Source: an uncultured Ruminococcus sp. (lineage in GTDB: Bacteria; Bacillota; Clostridia; Oscillospirales; Ruminococcaceae). Taken from it: 32,000 nucleotides of DNA. The stretch spans positions 196,744-228,743 of the forward strand of contig CAKSMF010000001.1 of assembly GCA_934474025.1 (NCBI GenBank), read 5' to 3'. Positions 8,283 to 17,357 of this stretch are shown here, piece after piece. The translations under genes and the position numbers were made by a program. Position 1 is the stretch's first letter. Every line of letters begins with the position of its first letter. The notes beneath the pieces are model-generated. The model had not been told where the DNA came from and ran no database searches. It saw only the letters and a list, made by a program, of their open reading frames with translations.

Positions 8283-9281
8283 ATGAAAAGAAAAATTATT
8301 TTTGCCTTGCTGTTATCAACTTTATTTACACTTCAGGCTTGCGGAAAAGATGACACTGTTTCACAATTTTCCATGACTGTAAATGAAGGTAAAGTTAATC
8401 ATAGTACTGAAACTGTATCAGATGAAAATATACAGACCACTATAAATAATGGTTATATTGTTACAACAACTACCACAACAACTATAACCGAAATTAATCA
8501 AACTGAAAATTCTATTATTGAGACTACAACTGCTATACCGGTTACAACTCCGGAAACAGATATTATTGAAACACCAACTGAAACGCCTGTATCAGAAGTT
8601 CCGACAGAATCAGCACCGTCAGTTATAGATTATACACCATCAACTTCTGCTCCTGGTACACCTGCATCAACAGCCGTACTGCCTGCTGATGCTCCTAAAG
8701 AATCGGATTATAATTATGGTCCTGCTCCGAAAGTTTATGATATTCCGGGAATAAAATATATTGATAATGTTCTTATTGCCAATAAATCATACAGTTTGCC
8801 GGCGGACTTTTATCCGGAACTTGACCAGACTTGTCTTAGTCAGTTCTATAAACTCCAGAATGGCGCATCTGCTGTAGGACTTAATATATATCTTTCATCT
8901 GGTTTCCGTGATTACTATACTCAGGACGCTATATATAACAATTATGTTGCTATTGACGGTCAGGAAATTGCAGATACCTATTCAGCACGCCCAGGATTTT
9001 CAGAACATCAATCCGGACTTGCTATAGACGTTAACCAGATTGATGATACATTTATAGGTACTCCAGAGGCTATATGGCTTGAACAGCATTGTTATGAATA
9101 TGGTTTTATATTGCGTTATCCTCAGTCAAAGCAAAATATTACCGGATACAAATATGAATCATGGCATATACGCTATGTAGGTACAGACTTATCTTATAAA
9201 ATACACGCAAAAGCTACTGAAATGGGTGACCCATATCTTACTTTGGAAGAGTATTTCGGTATTGATTCGTACTATCATTAA
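8283..9281 (+). CDS. lipoprotein with VanY/peptidase M15B D-alanyl-D-alanine carboxypeptidase domain
   Basis: Lipobox LFTLQAC after a signal peptide, then a Thr/Pro-rich linker (TTTTTTTIT..., PVTTPETD). The catalytic zinc motifs of M15B are present (FSEHQSGLAIDV and ESWHIRYVG). Confidence 0.85.
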   Translation: MKRKIIFALLLSTLFTLQACGKDDTVSQFSMTVNEGKVNHSTETVSDENIQTTINNGYIVTTTTTTTITEINQTENSIIETTTAIPVTTPETDIIETPTETPVSEVPTESAPSVIDYTPSTSAPGTPASTAVLPADAPKESDYNYGPAPKVYDIPGIKYIDNVLIANKSYSLPADFYPELDQTCLSQFYKLQNGASAVGLNIYLSSGFRDYYTQDAIYNNYVAIDGQEIADTYSARPGFSEHQSGLAIDVNQIDDTFIGTPEAIWLEQHCYEYGFILRYPQSKQNITGYKYESWHIRYVGTDLSYKIHAKATEMGDPYLTLEEYFGIDSYYH

Positions 9282-9385
9282 TTTAAAAGCTTTTTAACTG
9301 AAATTGATAAATATAAATTCCGAAGGATAAAAATAACAATAAATCTATTTAAAAAGTCCTGCTTTATCGGAGTGGGATTTTTTAC

Positions 9386-9414
9386 TTGCAATTTTTCTTA
9401 CTTTGGTATATAAT
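9386..9414 (+). promoter_or_regulatory. SigA-type promoter for the DUF1846 gene
   Basis: TTGCAA (9386-9391), a 17-nt spacer, then TATAAT (9409-9414). The RBS AGGAGG follows before the ATG at 9446. Confidence 0.5.
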
Positions 9415-9445
9415 AAATATTGATATTATTTAGGAGGTACTTTTT

Positions 9446-10915
9446 ATGGCTATAAATAAAATCGGTTTTGACAACGATAAATACTTACGTATGCAATCCG
9501 AACACATAAGGGAACGTATTGCACAGTTTGGAGACAAGCTTTATCTTGAATTTGGCGGAAAACTCTTTGATGATTACCACGCATCAAGAGTGCTTCCGGG
9601 ATTTAAGCCGGACAGCAAATTACAAATGCTTTTACAACTCAAGGACGAAGCTGAAATTGTTATTGTAATCAATTCCGAAGATATAGAAAAAAACAAGATA
9701 AGAGGAGATTTAGGTATAACTTATGATGTCGATGTTATACGTCTTTTCAATATATTTACTAAAATCGGACTTTATGTAAGCAGTGTTGTTCTTACTCGTT
9801 ATGAAAGTCACCCGTCTGCTGATGCTTTCCAGAAAAGACTTGAGTCACTGGGAATTAAAGTTTATCATCACTATCGTATAAAAGGTTATCCCTCAAACCT
9901 TAAACATATTATCAGTGATGAGGGTTATGGAAAAAATGAATATATAGAAACTTCACGCCGTCTGGTAGTTGTTACAGCTCCCGGTCCTGGAAGCGGTAAA
10001 ATGGCAACTTGTCTTTCACAGATTTATCATGAACACAAAAGAGGTCTTAATGCAGGTTATGCAAAGTTTGAAACATTCCCTGTATGGAATTTGCCACTCC
10101 GTCACCCTGTCAATATAGCATATGAAGCTGCTACTTCTGATTTGAATGATGTTAACATGATTGACCCATTCCACCTTGAAGCCTATGGTAAAACTACTGT
10201 TAATTATAACCGTGATATTGAAATTTTCCCTGTTCTTAACGCAATGCTTGAAAAAATTTTAGGTGAATCCCCGTATAAATCACCTACTGATATGGGTGTT
10301 AACATGGCAGGAAACTGCATTATTGATGATGATGTAGTTTGTCGTGCTTCAAAAGATGAAATTATAAGACGTTACTATGTCGCAATGTGTGATAACCGCA
10401 AGGGACTTGTTTCAGAAGATGAAGTTTATAAATTGGAACTTCTTCTTAAACAGGCAAATGTTACAATTGATGAAAGAAAAGTTGTAGGAGCTGCACTTGA
10501 AAGAGAAAAGGAAACAAATGCTCCAGCAGCAGCTATGGAACTTCCTGATGGTACTATTCTTACAGGACGTACCTCAAATCTTCTTGGAGCGTCTTCTGCA
10601 TTGTTGCTTAATGCCTTGAAATATTTCGGCGGTATTTCTGATGATGTACTTCTTATGTCACCGCACGTTATTGAACCTATTCAGAATCTTAAAGTTCAGC
10701 ATTTAGGAAATAACAATCCAAGACTTCATACAGATGAAACACTTCTTGCACTTTCTATATGTGCAAATACAGACCCAAATGCTAAAAAGGCTATGGAACA
10801 GATTTCAAAACTCCGTGGCTGTGAAGTTCATTCAACTGTTATACTTTCGGCAGTAGATGAAAGAATTTTCAAGAGACTTGGCGTAAATCTTACCTGCGAA
10901 CCTAAATATCAGTAA
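9446..10915 (+). CDS. UPF0371 / DUF1846 family protein (function unknown)
   Basis: 489 aa. Full-length resemblance to the conserved Firmicutes UPF0371 proteins as I recall them (GFDNDKYL..., KLYLEFGGKLFDD-HASRVLPG, VVTAPGPGSGK, YAKFETFPVWNLPL-HPVN, YNRDIEIFPVL). Confidence 0.88.
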   Translation: MAINKIGFDNDKYLRMQSEHIRERIAQFGDKLYLEFGGKLFDDYHASRVLPGFKPDSKLQMLLQLKDEAEIVIVINSEDIEKNKIRGDLGITYDVDVIRLFNIFTKIGLYVSSVVLTRYESHPSADAFQKRLESLGIKVYHHYRIKGYPSNLKHIISDEGYGKNEYIETSRRLVVVTAPGPGSGKMATCLSQIYHEHKRGLNAGYAKFETFPVWNLPLRHPVNIAYEAATSDLNDVNMIDPFHLEAYGKTTVNYNRDIEIFPVLNAMLEKILGESPYKSPTDMGVNMAGNCIIDDDVVCRASKDEIIRRYYVAMCDNRKGLVSEDEVYKLELLLKQANVTIDERKVVGAALEREKETNAPAAAMELPDGTILTGRTSNLLGASSALLLNALKYFGGISDDVLLMSPHVIEPIQNLKVQHLGNNNPRLHTDETLLALSICANTDPNAKKAMEQISKLRGCEVHSTVILSAVDERIFKRLGVNLTCEPKYQ

Positions 10916-10916
10916 T

Positions 10917-10957
10917 AAAAAAATACACACCATATAATTAAATATGGTGTGCTTTTT
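10917..10957. terminator. bidirectional intrinsic terminator (DUF1846 gene / thiC convergent ends)
   Basis: Perfect 10-bp stem CACACCATAT (10925-10934) / ATATGGTGTG (10941-10950), flanked by an A-run upstream and CTTTTTATTT downstream. Confidence 0.75.
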
Positions 10958-10972
10958 ATTTAATATAAATTA

Positions 10973-12286
10973 TTATTTTTCAGAACAAAATTCAACCTTT
11001 TCACCATTGAGAATTTTATTTGTAGTACGTACAGCACACATTTTTCCACACATTGAACAGGTATGGCGGTCTGTAGGAGGAGTGCTTTCAAAGTATCTTC
11101 TTGCTTTTTCACCATCAATAGCAATATCAAACATTTTGTCCCAGTCAACAACGTGACGAGCTTCTGCCATAGCATTATCGGGGTCAGTGGCATGAGGAAT
11201 ACCCTTTGCAATATCGGCAGCGTGTGCAGCGATACGGCTTGCAATAATGCCTTCTTTAACATCGTCTACATCGGGAAGTCGGAGATGTTCAGCCGGAGTC
11301 ACATAACAAAGGAAATCAGCACCGTTTGCAGCAGCAATAGCACCGCCTATTGCTGAAGTTATATGGTCATATCCTGGGGCAATATCTGTTACTAAAGGTC
11401 CTAAAACATAGAATGGTGCATTATGGCATATTCTTTTCTGAATCTTCATGTTTGCAGGAATTTCATTCATAGCCATATGACCCGGACCTTCTACCATAAC
11501 CTGAACGTCTTTAGCCCATGCACGTTCAGTCAATGAACCGAGTTCAATAAGTTCAGAAATCTGTCCGGCATCTGTCGCATCGTCTATACAACCTGGACGG
11601 AGAGCGTCTCCTAAACTTATAGTACAATCGTATTCACGGAGAATATCTAAAACTTCGTCATAATATTCATAGAATGGATTTTCATTACCTGTCATCATTA
11701 TCCATGCAAAAAGTAATGAGCCTCCTCTTGAAACTATATTCATTTTTCGTTTGTCACGTCGGAAAGCTTCAATAGCACGTTTGTTTATTCCGGCATGGAT
11801 TGTCATAAAATCAACGCCTTCTTCTGCATGGGCTTTAACAACTTTCAGGAAGTCTTTAGCAGTTATTTCAAGCAAATCTTTTTCAAGATAACCGATAGCG
11901 TCATACATAGGAACAGTTCCTATCATTGCCGGAGATTTTTCAATAAGCTGTTTACGAAAAGTATTAGTTTTGCCATAGTTGCTTAAATCCATTATGGCAT
12001 CAGCACCGTATTTAAGAGCCATTTCAACTTTTTTCATTTCGTTGTCATAATTGTTGCAGTCGCCGGAAATTCCGAGATTAACGTTTATTTTTGTACGCAT
12101 ACGTGAACCTATTCCCTCTGGTGAAATAGATTTATGATTTATGTTGCATGGTATACAAACTTCACCTTTTGCAACAAGCTGACAGAGTTCCTCGGGTGAA
12201 ATGTATTCCTTTTTTGCAACCGTCAACATTTCCGGAGTGATTATGCCTTTTTTAGCAGCTTCCATTTGTGTACTGTAATTTTTCAT
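10973..12286 (-). CDS. thiC: phosphomethylpyrimidine synthase
   Basis: 437 aa. ThiC N-terminus ([15 protein letters not shown]) and C-terminal Fe-S motif CSMCGKMCA. It is the last gene of the thi operon. Confidence 0.96.
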   Translation of the reverse strand: MKNYSTQMEAAKKGIITPEMLTVAKKEYISPEELCQLVAKGEVCIPCNINHKSISPEGIGSRMRTKINVNLGISGDCNNYDNEMKKVEMALKYGADAIMDLSNYGKTNTFRKQLIEKSPAMIGTVPMYDAIGYLEKDLLEITAKDFLKVVKAHAEEGVDFMTIHAGINKRAIEAFRRDKRKMNIVSRGGSLLFAWIMMTGNENPFYEYYDEVLDILREYDCTISLGDALRPGCIDDATDAGQISELIELGSLTERAWAKDVQVMVEGPGHMAMNEIPANMKIQKRICHNAPFYVLGPLVTDIAPGYDHITSAIGGAIAAANGADFLCYVTPAEHLRLPDVDDVKEGIIASRIAAHAADIAKGIPHATDPDNAMAEARHVVDWDKMFDIAIDGEKARRYFESTPPTDRHTCSMCGKMCAVRTTNKILNGEKVEFCSEK

Positions 12287-13065
12287 TTTTCAAGTCCTTT
12301 CATATGATTTAAAGGTCCGTTTCCGTGACCTATGTCAAGCATTGCACTTAAACATGATGTTATATATTCTTTTGCAAGATGTATACAGGTTTCAAGGCTG
12401 TAACCTTTGGCAAGATTAGAAGCTATTGCACTTGACAATGTACACCCTGTACCATGAGTATTTAGATTGTCTATGCGTTCGCCTCTGAACCATTTTCCAG
12501 TGCCGTTATACAGGAAATCATCAGCCGTATTTATGTTATGACCACCTTTGCACAAAACTGTACAGTTATATTTTTCCGATATATATTCGGATACTTTTTC
12601 CATATCATCGGAATTGTTTATTTTCATTCCGGAAATCAATTCTGCTTCTGGAATGTTTGGTGTAATTAGCGTTGAAATCGGGAAGAGTTTTTCTTTTATT
12701 ATATCGTAAGTAGTAGAACTGCTTAAATTTGCACCACTTGTGGCAACGGCTACTGGGTCTGTAACTATATTTTTAGCGTTGTAATAAATAAGTCGTTCGG
12801 CAATTACTTCAGCAAGTTCAGGAGAGGATATCATACCAATTTTTACAGCGTCGGGGCGGATATCCTCAAAAACCGCATCTATTTGCTGTTTAAGAAAATC
12901 TGCACTTACCGGATATATTGAACGTACTCCCATAGTATTCTGGGCAGTAAGGGCGGTTATGGCACTCATGGCATAAACTCCATGCATAGTCATTGTTTTT
13001 ATATCTGCCTGAATGCCCGCTCCTCCTGAACTGTCACTTCCTGCTATTGTAAGAACTTTTTTCAA
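12283..13065 (-). CDS. thiD: hydroxymethylpyrimidine / phosphomethylpyrimidine kinase
   Basis: Conserved [21 protein letters not shown] and the C-terminal [11 protein letters not shown]. The likely start is the TTG at 13065, preceded by AAAGGAAA, 2 nt (13066-13067) downstream of the thiE stop codon (13068-13070). The ORF-track extension to 13170 overlaps thiE. The exact start is uncertain. Confidence 0.88.
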   Translation of the reverse strand: MKKVLTIAGSDSSGGAGIQADIKTMTMHGVYAMSAITALTAQNTMGVRSIYPVSADFLKQQIDAVFEDIRPDAVKIGMISSPELAEVIAERLIYYNAKNIVTDPVAVATSGANLSSSTTYDIIKEKLFPISTLITPNIPEAELISGMKINNSDDMEKVSEYISEKYNCTVLCKGGHNINTADDFLYNGTGKWFRGERIDNLNTHGTGCTLSSAIASNLAKGYSLETCIHLAKEYITSCLSAMLDIGHGNGPLNHMKGLEK

Positions 13066-13067
13066 TG

Positions 13068-13709
13068 TTACGTTTCCTTTCTTAATTCGGATATAAGACG
13101 TTCGGCTGATTCTTTTATATCGTCCTGCGAAAACAAAGCTGATACTACAGCTATTCCGGATTGTCCGCAATTTTTTATAAGATGAACGTTTTCAAGGTTT
13201 ATTCCGCCTATTGCAACAACAGGTATACTTATACTTTTACAGATTTCTGTAAGTTTTTCGGGTGTAATACGTATAGCATTAGTTTTTGTCGGGGACGGGA
13301 AAACAGCTCCCACACCTAAATAATCAGCACCGTCTTTCTGAGCTTTTTGAGCTTGTTCAATGGTTTTGGCGGTCGCACCTATTATGAAATTGTCACCGAC
13401 GTTTTTTCTTATTTCGGAAACTGCTGTATCTTCAATTCCAACGTGAACACCGTCTGCTCCGCTTGCTAAAGCTACTCTGTAATTGTCATTAATTATCAGC
13501 GGAACATTGTATTTATGGCATATTTCACGTATTTCAACAGCCTTTGAGATATATTCATTATAACTTATGTTTTTTTCTCTTAATTGTACGCACGTTACAC
13601 CTCCCTGAATAGCGAGTTCAATGGCTTCTACAAGCGTTTTGCCGTTTAAGTGAGTTCTGTCCGTAACTGCGTATAGTTTAAGAATTTTTTTTATATTCAA
13701 AAATATCAC
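13068..13709 (-). CDS. thiE: thiamine-phosphate synthase
   Basis: 213 aa. Motifs LYAVTDR, VQLREK, GADYLGVGAVFPSPTK and AIGGI. Confidence 0.92.
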   Translation of the reverse strand: MIFLNIKKILKLYAVTDRTHLNGKTLVEAIELAIQGGVTCVQLREKNISYNEYISKAVEIREICHKYNVPLIINDNYRVALASGADGVHVGIEDTAVSEIRKNVGDNFIIGATAKTIEQAQKAQKDGADYLGVGAVFPSPTKTNAIRITPEKLTEICKSISIPVVAIGGINLENVHLIKNCGQSGIAVVSALFSQDDIKESAERLISELRKET

Positions 13710-14262
13710 CTCTCATGAATCCGCTCATTATACAACAGCCGTCTGCTCCTGCATCTGAAATATATTGTATATTGTTATTATTTATTCCACCTATTGCGTA
13801 AATTGGTATATCAACATTATGACAGATTTCAGAAAGAAAATTTAATCCACGGGGAGCAAGACCTTTTTTGCAGTCTGTTTCAAAAATATGACCTGCAATT
13901 ATATAATCTGCTCCAAGAGTTTGAGCCTCTTTAGCCTCTTCTATACTGTGGCATGATACTCCTGTAAAGATTTTCTTTTCTGGTATTTTACGGAATGTAT
14001 CCATAGTAACGTGCAATCCGTCTGCATTCAGTTCGCTGGCAATATCCGCATGACTATGAAGTATGCATTTTTTATTATATTTATGACAGATATTTATTAC
14101 TTTTTCTGAAAGCTTTCTGTAGTCATCTGCTGATAAATCTTTTTCCCTCAATATTACCGCACTGACACTGGATTTACAAATTTTTTCGATTCTTGAAAGA
14201 AAATCTTCCTCACAAAGTTTTCTATTGGTAACGCATATAACATCAAACATACAGATAGTCAT
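13678..14262 (-). CDS. tenI: thiazole tautomerase (TenI, ThiE paralog)
   Basis: 194 aa ThiE-fold protein. It carries the segment GHIFETDCKKGLAPRG, nearly identical to the B. subtilis TenI segment GHVFETDCKKGLEGRG as I recall it. It lies between thiH and thiE. The ATG at 14250 is an alternative start. Confidence 0.78.
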   Translation of the reverse strand: MTICMFDVICVTNRKLCEEDFLSRIEKICKSSVSAVILREKDLSADDYRKLSEKVINICHKYNKKCILHSHADIASELNADGLHVTMDTFRKIPEKKIFTGVSCHSIEEAKEAQTLGADYIIAGHIFETDCKKGLAPRGLNFLSEICHNVDIPIYAIGGINNNNIQYISDAGADGCCIMSGFMRGDIFEYKKNS

Positions 14263-15496
14263 TCAGCACAGGCTGTAAACCCTCTTTAGACATATCATTA
14301 TACATCTGCTGAAAACTCCTTCCGTCATTTATTTCAAACTGCTCGTCGCCTTCTGTTGAAGAATTTTCCTTACCTGTATACTTGCTTTCATGGTCGCCTA
14401 TACCTGTTGACACTCCGGCAGAAATCTTAGTAGCACATATTTTTACAATACCGTTTCGGAAACTTTCACTTTCTCTTGATGAAACAGTTATACCACAGAA
14501 CGGTAAAAAAATTCTATATGCACATAATACCTGACAAAGCTGTTTTTCATGAACGTCAAGAGGATTTATTTTTGAATTATTGACAATGGGTCGCAGTCTC
14601 GGACATGATAATGATATTTCAGCATGAGGATATTTTCTTTGCAGATAATAAACGTGTAATGCACTTGCAAGAGCGTCTTTTCTGAAATCCGATAGTCCAA
14701 GTAATGCTGAACAGGCTATTCCACGCATACCGCCCATTAAAGCACGTTCCTGAGCTTCTACCCTGTATGGGAATACTCTTTTGTGTCCTAAAAGGTGAAG
14801 TTCTTCATAACGCTTGCTGTCGTAAGTTTCCTGAAAAACTGTAACATAATCTGCACCGCATTCATGAAGATATTTATAATCTTCGGTGTTTACAGGATAT
14901 ATTTCAAGTCCTACCATGCGGAAATACTTTCTTGCAAGTTTGCAAGCCTCTCCGATATATTCGACACTGCTTTTAACATGACTTTCACCTGTAAGAATCA
15001 GAATTTCTTCCATGCCACTGTCGGCAATGATTTTCATTTCATGTTCAATCTGTTCCATGTTCAATTTCATGCGTTTTATGTCGTTGTAGCAATTGAATCC
15101 GCAATATACACAATAGTTATCACAATAATTTGCTATATATAATGGGGTGAACAGATATACAGTGTTTCCGAAATGCTTTCTTGTTTCAAGACGTGCTTTT
15201 TCTGCCATTTGTTCAAGGAAAGGTTCTGCTGACGGTGAAAGCAATGCTTTAAAATCCTCAATTGTACAGCGTTCGTGTTCAAGAGCTGATTTTACGTCCT
15301 TGGCTGTATATGAATTATAATCATAGCTTTCCATAATAGACATGATTTTTTCACGTATATCGGAATTAATCTGTTCCATTCCGTTCATGTATTTCATATG
15401 GTCGGAGCGGACGGACGGATTATTTTCAAGTTCGTGCTTTCTTTTCAACGCACTTTCGGAAAGCTTGTCAGAATCAATAAAATAATTATTTTCCAT
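14243..15496 (-). CDS. thiH: 2-iminoacetate synthase (tyrosine lyase), radical SAM
   Basis: Radical-SAM cluster motif CDNYCVYCGF within FGNTVYLFTPLYIANYC, in thi operon context. A strong RBS (AAAGGAGA) precedes the ATG at 15496. The N-terminus is about 35 aa longer than E. coli ThiH, so an internal start is possible. Confidence 0.88.
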   Translation of the reverse strand: MENNYFIDSDKLSESALKRKHELENNPSVRSDHMKYMNGMEQINSDIREKIMSIMESYDYNSYTAKDVKSALEHERCTIEDFKALLSPSAEPFLEQMAEKARLETRKHFGNTVYLFTPLYIANYCDNYCVYCGFNCYNDIKRMKLNMEQIEHEMKIIADSGMEEILILTGESHVKSSVEYIGEACKLARKYFRMVGLEIYPVNTEDYKYLHECGADYVTVFQETYDSKRYEELHLLGHKRVFPYRVEAQERALMGGMRGIACSALLGLSDFRKDALASALHVYYLQRKYPHAEISLSCPRLRPIVNNSKINPLDVHEKQLCQVLCAYRIFLPFCGITVSSRESESFRNGIVKICATKISAGVSTGIGDHESKYTGKENSSTEGDEQFEINDGRSFQQMYNDMSKEGLQPVLNDYLYV

Positions 15497-15514
15497 CTGA
15501 AATTATCTCCTTTT

Positions 15515-16288
15515 TTAGTTGCGTAAGAATCCTGTAAGTGTATCAGAGGCGGACGCTCCTCTTGTCAGAACACGTCCCATACCGGAAATATAAGCTTTTC
15601 TGCCTGCTTCAACAGCTTGTTTGAAAGCTTCAGCCATTAACGGCAAATCACCGGCAGTTGCAAGAGCAGTATTGCACATTACAGCAGAGGCACCCATTTC
15701 CATAGCTTCACAAGCTTGTGACGGTCTGCCTATTCCCGCATCAACTATAATAGGCAAATCTATTTCATCAATTAAAATCTGTATGAAATCTTTTGTAGAG
15801 AGTCCCTTATTTGAACCTATTGGAGACGCTAAAGGCATTACAGCAGATGCACCAGCGTTTACAAGGTCACGTGCCGTATACAAATCTGGATACATATATG
15901 GCATTACTACAAAGCCTTCTTTTGCAAGAATTTCAGTAGCCTTTACTGTTTCTGCATTATCCGGAAGCAAATACTTACTGTCACGCATTATTTCGATTTT
16001 GACAAAGTCACCACAGCCGAGTTCTCTTGCAAGTCGGGCAATTCTTACAGCTTCATCAGCGTTTCTTGCTCCGGAAGTATTTGGCAGGAGAGTTATTCCC
16101 TTTGGTATATAGTCAAGGATATTTTCATGTTCTTTTGAATTTGCACGGCGTACAGCAAGTGTGATTATTTCTGTACCGGCATATTTTACAGCGGATTCAA
16201 TCAGATTAAGGGAGTATTTTCCTGAACCTAATATAAATCTTGAATTAAATTCATGTCCGCCTATTATAAGTTTATCATTATTATCCAT
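15515..16288 (-). CDS. thiG: thiazole synthase
   Basis: 257 aa. ThiG blocks are present ([30 protein letters not shown]). Confidence 0.95.
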   Translation of the reverse strand: MDNNDKLIIGGHEFNSRFILGSGKYSLNLIESAVKYAGTEIITLAVRRANSKEHENILDYIPKGITLLPNTSGARNADEAVRIARLARELGCGDFVKIEIMRDSKYLLPDNAETVKATEILAKEGFVVMPYMYPDLYTARDLVNAGASAVMPLASPIGSNKGLSTKDFIQILIDEIDLPIIVDAGIGRPSQACEAMEMGASAVMCNTALATAGDLPLMAEAFKQAVEAGRKAYISGMGRVLTRGASASDTLTGFLRN

Positions 16289-16305
16289 AAATAAAAAACC
16301 TCCTT

Positions 16306-16920
16306 TTAGATGTCAAGTTTTCCTGCAATAATGCGTAATATCATATTTGCCTGATGTCCTGCACAAACCATTACTCTTGATGCAAATAGTCCGTTTCCGT
16401 CTGCAACATCGCTTTTACCGTCTCCGCAAAGATAGAAATTCTTCATTACCCGACGAGTAGTTATAGAATTTGCAGATTCAAGACCAGCCATTCCAGAACC
16501 GCCTACAATGTACTTTTCAGGAAAGTTTTCCAGAACGCTGTTTACAAGAGTTGCTTTGGATTCGGGATTGTCAAAAGCTTCACAGATGATATCATCGTTT
16601 TTGAGAATTTCTGGAATATTATTCTCGTCAAGTCTGATATTCTCGGAAACAATACGGCAATAAGGAGCAATTCTATGAAGATTGATTGTCATTGCATCAG
16701 TTTTATAGAGTCCGATTTGTTCCGCAAAGTATTGTTGACGGTTGAGATTTGATATATCAACTCTGTCAAAATCCATTATATGAAGTTGTCCAATGCCAGC
16801 ACGTGCCAATGCTATGGCAATATTTGAACCAAGTCCACCTATTCCGCATATAGCAACTTTTGCAGATGATAGCTTTTCTTGTAATACTTTTCCATGGCGT
16901 TCGGCAAGTGCATTGAACAT
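16306..16920 (-). CDS. thiF: ThiS adenylyltransferase (short ThiF type)
   Basis: 204 aa E1-like protein with the nucleotide-binding motif GIGGLGSN and [13 protein letters not shown]. It is positioned between thiS and thiG. Confidence 0.88.
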   Translation of the reverse strand: MFNALAERHGKVLQEKLSSAKVAICGIGGLGSNIAIALARAGIGQLHIMDFDRVDISNLNRQQYFAEQIGLYKTDAMTINLHRIAPYCRIVSENIRLDENNIPEILKNDDIICEAFDNPESKATLVNSVLENFPEKYIVGGSGMAGLESANSITTRRVMKNFYLCGDGKSDVADGNGLFASRVMVCAGHQANMILRIIAGKLDI

Positions 16921-16946
16921 TTCGTTTTCAGATGGTATTATAAAAA

Positions 16947-17138
16947 TCAGCCTCCTCCTACAAAACGTACTATTTCAATTGTGTCACCGTCAGAAATTTC
17001 TGTATTTCCGTATTTTGACTTAGAAACTATATTATAGTTAAGTTCAACTGCAACACGTTTTTCATTGTATTCAAGAACTTCAAGCAATTGTGAGACTGTT
17101 CCTGAAAAATTCATTTTTTCTCCGTTTACTGTTATCAT
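16947..17138 (-). CDS. thiS: sulfur carrier protein ThiS
   Basis: 63 aa ubiquitin-like protein ending in GGG (C-terminal Gly-Gly). The RBS AAGGAGGTG lies upstream. It is the first gene after the TPP riboswitch. Confidence 0.9.
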   Translation of the reverse strand: MITVNGEKMNFSGTVSQLLEVLEYNEKRVAVELNYNIVSKSKYGNTEISDGDTIEIVRFVGGG

Positions 17139-17215
17139 GATTACACCTCCTTTAATAATTTTTCTTTTTTAAGTGGAATATATTCATAGATGATATATTT
17201 TCTATATTAAATACA

Positions 17216-17251
17216 AATAAAAAGGAGAATTGCAAATAAATGCAGTTCCCC
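17216..17251 (-). terminator. riboswitch expression platform: intrinsic terminator (attenuator)
   Basis: The minus strand reads GGGGAACTGCA-TTTATT-TGCAATTCTCC followed by TTTTTATTT. This sits directly 3' of the TPP aptamer and about 80 nt upstream of thiS. Confidence 0.7.
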
Positions 17252-17261
17252 TATAAAATCA

Positions 17262-17356
17262 AAGGTCTTCCTGCACCGGTATTATCCGTATCAGGTTCAA
17301 AGGGTCGGAATGTATAATTCCCTCTCAGCGTTTACTGAACGCTCCCCTGACTTAAA
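17262..17356 (-). promoter_or_regulatory. TPP (THI-box) riboswitch aptamer
   Basis: The minus strand reads GTCAGGGGAGCGTTCAGTAAACGCTGAGAGGGAATTATACATTCCGACCCTTTGAACCTGATACGGATAATACCGGTGCAGGAAGAC. It contains the hallmark GGGGAGC, CUGAGA and ACCCUUUGAACCUGAU-CGGAUAAUACCGG-GCAGGAA elements. Confidence 0.93.
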
Positions 17357-17357
17357 T

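Noticed and set aside
9340-9385. Possible terminator after the M15B lipoprotein gene (aaaaagtcctgctttatcggagtgggatttttt).
   Set aside because: A T-run is present, but I can only pair 3-4 bp of stem (TCC/GGA). That is too weak to call with confidence.
13066-13170. Long N-terminal extension of the thiD ORF overlapping thiE by about 100 nt.
   Set aside because: The extension is basic, low-complexity sequence translated antisense-frame over the thiE 3' end. The conserved ThiD sequence begins right after the TTG at 13065, which has an RBS.
15621-16112. 163-aa ORF antisense to thiG. Similar antisense or shadow ORFs occur elsewhere, for example 947-1153, 1331-1636, 10960-11262, 11063-11356, 14795-15142, 18026-18296, 19068-19358, 24677-25235, 29236-29604 and 31078-31714.
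   Set aside because: All lie fully inside strongly supported genes on the opposite strand or in another frame. They lack RBS and promoter signals and have the skewed, low-complexity composition typical of shadow ORFs in AT-rich genomes.
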